A stretch of DNA of 64,000 nt from a virus (taxonomy: Duplodnaviria; Caudoviricetes): the IMG/VR virus record IMGVR_UViG_3300027776_000009; one strand, written 5' to 3'. Each line of letters opens with the position of its first letter. Position 1 is the first letter of the stretch. The position numbers were made by a program, and so were the translations under genes. Positions 57,747 through 64,000 of the stretch are shown piece by piece. The notes under the pieces are model-generated. The model saw only the letters and a program-made list of their open reading frames with translations. It made no database searches and had not been told where the DNA came from.

Positions 57747-57749
57747 GCT

Positions 57750-58540
57750 GGATCTCCCAGTTTGGTTTTGGAATCACGAATGACTCGTCGCATAGTATCA
57801 CATCAGCAGTTATTTTTCACTGACGATCCAGAGGTCTTCTTCCAGTATGTGCGCGAAACTCTATACCGCGCGCAGGTTCCAACTAGCGTGTGCGCATTCT
57901 GCGCATCCGCGTACTCTATACCGCGTGCGCGCACATCACGCCTGCGCCCGCTTCTTTGTAATACTACTACGTAGTATTACGTATAGTAAATTATTTATTG
58001 TTTTAGATTTATATTTTACTAACGTAAAATATCCCCTAAGTTAAGATTATAAATAATCTAAATTGATCACGAGGGGTCAACGACCCCGAAGTGCATCAAA
58101 ATCGATCTGACCAAGGTTTTTGCTCTGGCAAAAACACAAATCTGAACTCTGCCGCCGGGGTTTGAGCCCCGGCTGGTATTCAGATGGTTCGAATTTCGAT
58201 CAGATTCAGTCTGAAATCGTTAAAAACACGCAGTTTTTCCACCAGGGCAACTGCATGTGACAGCCGTCACCCCCAGAATCTATTCAAACACGGCCAGTGC
58301 CGCTACTTGTTTTGTGAGTACTCTTAGGGCGCGCGCGATCCTTCAGTAGCGCGGGCGTTAAGGAAGGCATGGGTTTCGTAACCCGTTTTCAGCCAAAGAA
58401 AAAACTAACACCCTAAACCTAGTTTGAAAATACCGCTAGGACTTCGTACGAGAAGATTCTAGCGGCATAAAACCCCCCGGGAGTACTAAGGTACTACCCA
58501 GGTATTTGAGGGGTCTTAAAACGGCTCCCAGAGAATCATC
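57750..58540. other. Hairpin-dense non-coding region with AT-rich core
   Basis: About ten inverted repeats, direct repeat ACTCTATACCGCG x2, no credible ORF. Confidence 0.65.
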
Positions 58541-58543
58541 AAG

Positions 58544-58969
58544 CTAGACGGACCCCTCAACCGTTTCGATGGATCGATCGTTCAGATTCCAGTGAATCGT
58601 TCCCACTAGCGCACCTTCGTCGAAAATTACCCCGAACCCTCGTGGGCTGGCCACCCACTGGACATCGTGTCGACACAAGGCGTTAAGCGCACTGGTGAGC
58701 GCATAGCGATCAATCCGGTTCTCGATACCAATCCGATCCAATGTTCGGAGGATGTCCCAGATCCCCGATCGGGTCAACGAGTATTCCAGGCTCCGGGAAT
58801 GCGAGTGCTGCTTCCAGCGGACGCGATCCAGAAGTTCATCCAGGGTGTTAGCACATGGCTCGATCAAGACCATGGCTCGCTTGATGTCGCAGAGGTATCG
58901 CCAGATGGCGATAGCGATCAACGCGATCAGACAGGTTATCACAACGGTTGGGATCATCTGGGTATCCAT
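58544..58969 (-). CDS. Membrane-anchored hypothetical protein
   Basis: N-terminal TM VVITCLIALIAIAIW; GGAG RBS. Confidence 0.65.
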   Translation of the reverse strand: MDTQMIPTVVITCLIALIAIAIWRYLCDIKRAMVLIEPCANTLDELLDRVRWKQHSHSRSLEYSLTRSGIWDILRTLDRIGIENRIDRYALTSALNALCRHDVQWVASPRGFGVIFDEGALVGTIHWNLNDRSIETVEGSV

Positions 58970-59106
58970 GAGGATTCTCCGTAAGAGTTGGTATGTAAAA
59001 TTTTACAGCTTTCCCTAGTCATATGCGCTAGAGTACCGCATTTTTTTTTTGCAGTCTCCCAAAACGAATCAGGATCGATTCGTTAGCGCAATGGGGGTAA
59101 GGGGGT

Positions 59107-59592
59107 TTATGCCGTCATTTTTTTTTTAGAACGACGGATGTTGACGTGTTCTTGACTACTCGCAAAGTCTTCACGAGTATGCAGTGCTAACAACGCCTGC
59201 ATTTCAGCCAGCAGGGTTTCTTTCTCACCCGGTTGGAATAGGGGTGACTCTAGACCCTTCAGGCCTTCAGCGAGAGCATCCAGCCGCTTCGCCATGGTTA
59301 AGGACATGATGGTGTACAGTGTTTCATCAGCCTCCACGGGTATGTTATCTCCCGCTTCCATTTTCTGATAGAGATCCATCGTGCGTCGATGCATGTGATC
59401 ACCCACCTGTTTACAGATAAGTATTACGCGCTGAACCACTTCTCTGTAACGCTGTTTCGCTACCCTAGCGGATACACCACATGCTGTCAGTCCTAAGATA
59501 TTACGGCAATAGATGATATAGCGATTCCCGCGCTTGACACGAAATAGCGCAGTGGGGAGTTTGTCGTGACGGAGGTTGACGTATGCAAACAT
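59107..59592 (-). CDS. Early hypothetical protein, HicB-like N-terminal pattern
   Basis: YIIYCRNILGLTACGVSARVA; AGGAG RBS; promoter motif 59627..59639. Confidence 0.5.
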   Translation of the reverse strand: MFAYVNLRHDKLPTALFRVKRGNRYIIYCRNILGLTACGVSARVAKQRYREVVQRVILICKQVGDHMHRRTMDLYQKMEAGDNIPVEADETLYTIMSLTMAKRLDALAEGLKGLESPLFQPGEKETLLAEMQALLALHTREDFASSQEHVNIRRSKKKMTA

Positions 59593-59648
59593 GGGGGTCT
59601 CCTATATAAGGAAGGAATTCTGATAGGTGATGTGTATCCAACACGTAG

Positions 59649-60224
59649 TTGAATACCTTTACGCCGTGGTTTGAAGGGTCATCTTATGACGTATTTGTAA
59701 AACACCACCATGGGGGGGGAGTCCAAATGGATGCCCGTACTATTATTCTGCAAAAAGCATGGGTAGAGATTACGGATATTCCGCAAGGCGCCCTGATGCA
59801 GCGGGTGTCAGGTGCACCGGTTCACTACCTATATAGCAATGATCTCCCAAGAGCCAGCGACGAAGGATTCCCGTTGCCAGGAACCATGACTACAATCTTG
59901 GGCGGCTCACGTTTCTTCGTTCGCTCTCGTCTACTCTCCACGGTCACGTATTTACCCGTGGATGTCCAGGCGCTCAATGGGGCTGGATATGACGATTATG
60001 ACTACATCATTACGGACAATGATCTTCAGAACAAGCGATTGATCTTAATCAATGATCCAAGTCGCGACACAGTCCGCATCACGCCGTATCACGGTGATAT
60101 GCAGCGACTGGACGTGGATTACACCGTAACAGGTCGTGAAGTCAACTGGAACAATCTGGCGTTGGAACTCCTTCTCGAAGAAGGAGATGTTGTTAATATC
60201 CGTTACGCCAGAACGGTGACTTAA
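59649..60224 (+). CDS. Putative virion accessory/fibre-associated protein
   Basis: QRLDVDYTVTG..LEEGDVVNIRY resembles C-terminus of 60688..61755; start probably 59727. Confidence 0.55.
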   Translation: MNTFTPWFEGSSYDVFVKHHHGGGVQMDARTIILQKAWVEITDIPQGALMQRVSGAPVHYLYSNDLPRASDEGFPLPGTMTTILGGSRFFVRSRLLSTVTYLPVDVQALNGAGYDDYDYIITDNDLQNKRLILINDPSRDTVRITPYHGDMQRLDVDYTVTGREVNWNNLALELLLEEGDVVNIRYARTVT

Positions 60225-60604
60225 CTAGAGATCAGATGTGTGTAGTATAGAACATTACCTCCCCCATCAAGGACGGCCGTTAACTCATGAGGGGCGTAAA
60301 CCCGCGCCATGTTTCGACATGCGGGTAAGTGCATTTCATTCACCAAGATGATATCATCACCTCCCACGGCGGGCAGCGATACTTGTGAGCGACTGATCAG
60401 CACCGGGGTAATGATTTCAGATACTTCACCTTGCTCTGTTTCTGATGATCGGAAGCTGAACGAAACATCCTCACAGTCGTACAACTCTGTAAGGATCTGT
60501 AGGACAACGACTTGGTCATCCTGATTACGATGTTCTGGAAACACGACACGATGCTGCCCGACTTGATACGGGATAGCTCGACCTGTCAAATTGATAACCG
60601 CCAT
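60221..60604 (-). CDS. Hypothetical protein
   Basis: 127 aa, GGAGA RBS. Confidence 0.55.
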   Translation of the reverse strand: MAVINLTGRAIPYQVGQHRVVFPEHRNQDDQVVVLQILTELYDCEDVSFSFRSSETEQGEVSEIITPVLISRSQVSLPAVGGDDIILVNEMHLPACRNMARVYAPHELTAVLDGGGNVLYYTHLISS

Positions 60605-60687
60605 TGTTATTTCTCCAGCGAATAGTGGTTGGTATCGTAATATGTTGCATTCTGTTTTTTCTCACACCCACCTCATGAGGATTTATC

Positions 60688-61755
60688 ATGACTCAACGCA
60701 CCACGAAGTTCATCCAAGACGACGCCGTGACCGGCGCCAAGATCCTGCTGCGGAACAACGAAACCTTGCGCAGCTTTGCGCAGGACGGAACGACCAAGCT
60801 GGACATTCTGAAGCTCACAACCGCCAACGTTCTGGAGTTCCAACGCATCCCTCAGCTCAACAGTGCTCTGGCCATGCCGTCTGCACCGAAAGATCTGGTG
60901 ACGGTGGAATACATCACCAACTTCGTCGCCGGCAAGACCGATCCCAAGGACGCCGTTAACTTCTACTCCGATGTCAACGTCCCCTTGACTGGCTCGACCC
61001 CGTTGGTGGTCGATAGCGGCACCCTGACCGACGGGATGCGTCTGGGTCTGGGTAACCAAACCACCGGCATCCAGAACGGTGTTTACAATGTGGCAATCTC
61101 GGGGGGTACCTACACCCTGACCCGAGCCGCTGACTTTGACCAAGTGGATGACCCGCTGGGCAAGGAAGTGACTTCCGGCGCCTACTTCAAGATCATTTCC
61201 GGTACGGTGTACTCCGGCTGGGAAGCGATTGTGGCCAACGCTGACCCCATTGTGATCAACACCACGGTGCTGACTTTCACGCTGAACCCGACTGTCCAAG
61301 CTCTGTCTGGCGGCGACATGGTTACCAAGACTGGTAACACGCTGTCTGTCGACCTGGCCTCCCTGGGTGGTTTGGAATCCACTAACCCCGGCAACGTCAA
61401 CGGTCAGTTGCGCGTAAAGGTTGACACTGCTGCGTTGGAGAAAGACCAGACCACTCGCCGGGATTCGTCCACAGGCGCTGTGATGGCGAAGAAGCCCTAC
61501 AAGCAGGCCGTTACGCTGACCGCGCAGGATATCCTGAACGGCTACATCGATGCCACAGTGGTGCTCAGCCAAGGTGGTGTGCAGCTCTGGGTGGCTGGCG
61601 GTGGCTTCCAGCAAGAAACGGTTGACTTCACGGTCAACTACACCGGCGGCGCCTCCAGTAAGACTCGTGTTACCTTTACGGGTGGTCTGGCCATCGGTGG
61701 CGTGTCGGAATTGGTCGCCGGTGACATCGTTGAACTGATCGGTGAGTCCTGGTAA
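60688..61755 (+). CDS. Tail/head fibre-like structural protein
   Basis: G/T/S-rich beta protein; PKDLVTVEY, NQTTGIQNGVY, LTRAADFD; strong codon bias. Confidence 0.65.
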   Translation: MTQRTTKFIQDDAVTGAKILLRNNETLRSFAQDGTTKLDILKLTTANVLEFQRIPQLNSALAMPSAPKDLVTVEYITNFVAGKTDPKDAVNFYSDVNVPLTGSTPLVVDSGTLTDGMRLGLGNQTTGIQNGVYNVAISGGTYTLTRAADFDQVDDPLGKEVTSGAYFKIISGTVYSGWEAIVANADPIVINTTVLTFTLNPTVQALSGGDMVTKTGNTLSVDLASLGGLESTNPGNVNGQLRVKVDTAALEKDQTTRRDSSTGAVMAKKPYKQAVTLTAQDILNGYIDATVVLSQGGVQLWVAGGGFQQETVDFTVNYTGGASSKTRVTFTGGLAIGGVSELVAGDIVELIGESW

Positions 61756-61770
61756 GCCCTGAGGTAAGTC

Positions 61771-62388
61771 ATGACACAGAGACTCTGGAAGTTCATGTCG
61801 ACAGTCACAACGGTCATGACGACTCCGGTGCATAATAGCCTGATCCAGTTGGGTGACACCATTGATCAGGCTATTGGAAAACTCCAGAGTCTTCTATCTG
61901 TACGCACATTACGTACGGTACTGACCTCTCCAGTGACAGGCGGTGCCTCGACCACTGCAAACTTTACGCTGATGACTTTAACAGTTCCGGCTAATCGTTT
62001 GCAGGTAGGTGATGTCTTGGAGTTCACCATACACGGACGTAACACCAAGACAAACTCAGGTGGCTCAGTTATTGAGTATTGGGTATCTATTGGTGGTACT
62101 CAATGTATTACCCTCTCGTTCACACCAGGAACTGGGATCACGAATCAACCTTTTGTAGTTCGCGGACGCATTGTTGTCAGAAGCATAGGTGGTTCCGGTG
62201 CCTTAGTCTGCGCTGCTGATGCACTGTCTCATACCACTGCTACTACAGTTTTTCCCAGAACCAGTGCTCCAACCGTTAACACGCGAGACACAACTACTTC
62301 TCTTGTAGTCGCAGTAGGTGGGCGATATAGCAGCAGCAATGCTGGCAACCTGATGACTGCTGAGCATGGGGAAATCTGTCAGATATAG
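61771..62388 (+). CDS. Fibre-associated Thr-rich protein
   Basis: DTIDQAIGKLQ trimer-type motif, beta-rich C-domain. Confidence 0.55.
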   Translation: MTQRLWKFMSTVTTVMTTPVHNSLIQLGDTIDQAIGKLQSLLSVRTLRTVLTSPVTGGASTTANFTLMTLTVPANRLQVGDVLEFTIHGRNTKTNSGGSVIEYWVSIGGTQCITLSFTPGTGITNQPFVVRGRIVVRSIGGSGALVCAADALSHTTATTVFPRTSAPTVNTRDTTTSLVVAVGGRYSSSNAGNLMTAEHGEICQI

Positions 62389-62394
62389 GAGTAG

Positions 62395-63042
62395 GTGATG
62401 AGTTATTTTGTTGCAAATGCATTGGGTGACTTAGTCACCGTTTCTGACGAGGCTCTCGATGGCGGGATTGAGTATCAGGATGATGTTCTTTTTGCCTTGG
62501 TCAAACAAGCCCAGTACAACTACAAGTGGTTGAACGACGAGATCGTTCATTGCCCGCGTCCAGATCCGTACCACGCATGGAATGGAACCACGTGGGAGTT
62601 TAGCCCTAAGCTCCTGCAAGACGGGCGAGACACCACTTGGGAAAAGATCAAAGACTACCGCCAGTATCGACAGTATCTGGGTGTGAAGATCATTGTGGGT
62701 GGGAACCCTTATTGGGTTCATTCTGATGAGGTGAGTCGCTCACTGCACCTGGGCTTGCTAGGTGCTGCTATTCTCCACGTGCTGAAGGTAGTGGTTGGCA
62801 TCACAACCCTCCCAGCCTTCCCCAGTGGTAAGCTGTGGAAAACCATGGAAGTTAACGGCGCTGGTCAGCCTATCTTTCTACTCCTTGACTACACCGTGGC
62901 TTTCCAGATCTTTGCGGCCGATATGGATATCACCTCAGCCTGTTTCGCCAAGGCTGAAGAACATCGCCTGATGATGGAAGCCAATCCCGATCCTCTGAAC
63001 TACGACTACACCACCAACTGGCCCCAGGTCTTTGGAGAATAA
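62395..63042 (+). CDS. Tail-fibre assembly/DUF4376-like protein
   Basis: PRPDPYHAWNGTTW, WEKIKDYR, WKTM, YDYTTNWP. Confidence 0.7.
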   Translation: MMSYFVANALGDLVTVSDEALDGGIEYQDDVLFALVKQAQYNYKWLNDEIVHCPRPDPYHAWNGTTWEFSPKLLQDGRDTTWEKIKDYRQYRQYLGVKIIVGGNPYWVHSDEVSRSLHLGLLGAAILHVLKVVVGITTLPAFPSGKLWKTMEVNGAGQPIFLLLDYTVAFQIFAADMDITSACFAKAEEHRLMMEANPDPLNYDYTTNWPQVFGE

Positions 63043-63505
63043 CGTGGAAACGATTCGGCTTATATACAGCAAGTCTAAACTTCCTCTGAGTCCTCTGATC
63101 CAGATGGTGACATGGTCCGAGTGGAGTCATGTTGGTATTCTGGTAGGCGACACAGTCATTGAGTCTACATGGTCACACGGAGGAGTCAAGGAAACGTCTC
63201 TGGATGTATTTCTGGAACGCTCCAGCGATTGGATCGTTAAGGAATACCAGTGTCATAGTCGCCAAGCTATTATTGATGCAGCACGCACACAAATCGATAA
63301 ACCGTATGACAAAACGGGGCTGGTTGGTATCTTGATGCGTGACAGGAACTGGCAGGAAGATGACAGCTGGTTCTGCAGTGAGTTGATTGCCTGGGCATTT
63401 GCTGCTGGCGGAACTCCCTTGTTTATGCTGGAAGACGGGTATCGTATTACACCGCAGAACATCTACATGCTGTGGAGTGTTGTGGTGGACAGGAAACCCA
63501 AATGA
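63032..63505 (+). CDS. Permuted papain-like amidase, YaeF/YiiX (C92) family
   Basis: WSHVGI, VIES, GV, KPYD, WFCSELIA, ITPQ. Confidence 0.85.
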   Translation: MENNVETIRLIYSKSKLPLSPLIQMVTWSEWSHVGILVGDTVIESTWSHGGVKETSLDVFLERSSDWIVKEYQCHSRQAIIDAARTQIDKPYDKTGLVGILMRDRNWQEDDSWFCSELIAWAFAAGGTPLFMLEDGYRITPQNIYMLWSVVVDRKPK

Positions 63506-63521
63506 GGGCAAAAAACAAAGT

Positions 63522-63570
63522 GACATACAGCTAGGAGAGAGGGGTTACCTCTCTCCTAGCTGCTATGCCG
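63522..63570. terminator. Bidirectional CATA/TATG-flanked hairpin
   Basis: CAGCTAGGAGAGAGG-ggtta-CCTCTCTCCTAGCTG. Confidence 0.8.
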
Positions 63571-63951
63571 TTAGTACGGGAAGACAACGTCGCCTTGTTT
63601 GAAAATGACCTTGTCCCCAACAATGAAGCCTGAATCATTTTCCATGCACTCAGCCATGTTAGCACTGATGCGTTTCCACTTTCCACCGCTGATGCAGATG
63701 AACTCCTTCCACATTTCAACCGCGGAGAATTGCTTCGGTATAGTCGGGTTATTACAATGAGGGCAGATGTTATCATCCACTCCATCAAAACAACCTGTTA
63801 TGGTTTCCTGCTGACACCAGACACAGGGAATAGGATCACCCTGTTTAATGTTGTCATAGTCGCGCACGGTTACCTGCACTGTCTTCGGCGCTGCCACCGA
63901 CTGCACAACACCTCCTTCCACAACAACAAGCACTACAGGTTTACGATTCAT
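63571..63951 (-). CDS. Hypothetical zinc-ribbon protein
   Basis: VVVEGGVVQSV..DYDN, CVWC..CPHC; GGAG RBS before MNRKP. Confidence 0.65.
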   Translation of the reverse strand: MNRKPVVLVVVEGGVVQSVAAPKTVQVTVRDYDNIKQGDPIPCVWCQQETITGCFDGVDDNICPHCNNPTIPKQFSAVEMWKEFICISGGKWKRISANMAECMENDSGFIVGDKVIFKQGDVVFPY

Positions 63952-64000
63952 GTTGGTACTCCACGTACTACTAGGTTTAGTCACATCAACCTAGTAGTAC

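Noticed and set aside
57847-58044. 65-aa ORF, or tRNA genes, in the non-coding island
   Set aside because: No RBS, crosses repeats and the AT-rich tract; no cloverleaf with T-arm and acceptor stem found (GGTTCGAAT at ~58186 lacks a supporting stem)

Overview
A 64-kb segment of a nucleus-forming, phiKZ-like jumbo phage genome (Chimalliviridae), standard genetic code, host not identifiable. Gene order matches the phiKZ core block (phiKZ gp numbers below come from synteny, size and remembered motifs, not a database search). Left to right: inner-body/ejected head proteins with many S/A/G-x-E prohead-protease sites (1-12.8 kb); the exonuclease/motif-A half of the split PolB, interrupted by a group I intron with an HNH endonuclease (12.9-15.9 kb); a virion RNAP beta' part, gp77/78-like pair, SF2 helicase, four non-virion RNAP subunits, PicA-, ChmC- and SbcD-like genes and chimallin (16-41.6 kb); NUDIX, gp52-like, PolB palm half and a run of small overlapping ORFs (41.8-50.6 kb). 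An accessory region follows with an inverted head-protein duplicate, DHFR, a three-domain putative packaged polyprotein, Tad1, an ~800-bp hairpin-dense non-coding region and a tail-fibre/YiiX module. Best leads: a 49-aa unannotated peptide echoing a conserved RNAP beta segment, a -1 slippery site joining gp77/gp78-like ORFs, the protease-site-delimited polyprotein with its catalytically dead paralog, the intron in polymerase motif A, and the end-homogenised inverted head-protein cassette. No tRNA, rRNA or CRISPR array was seen.
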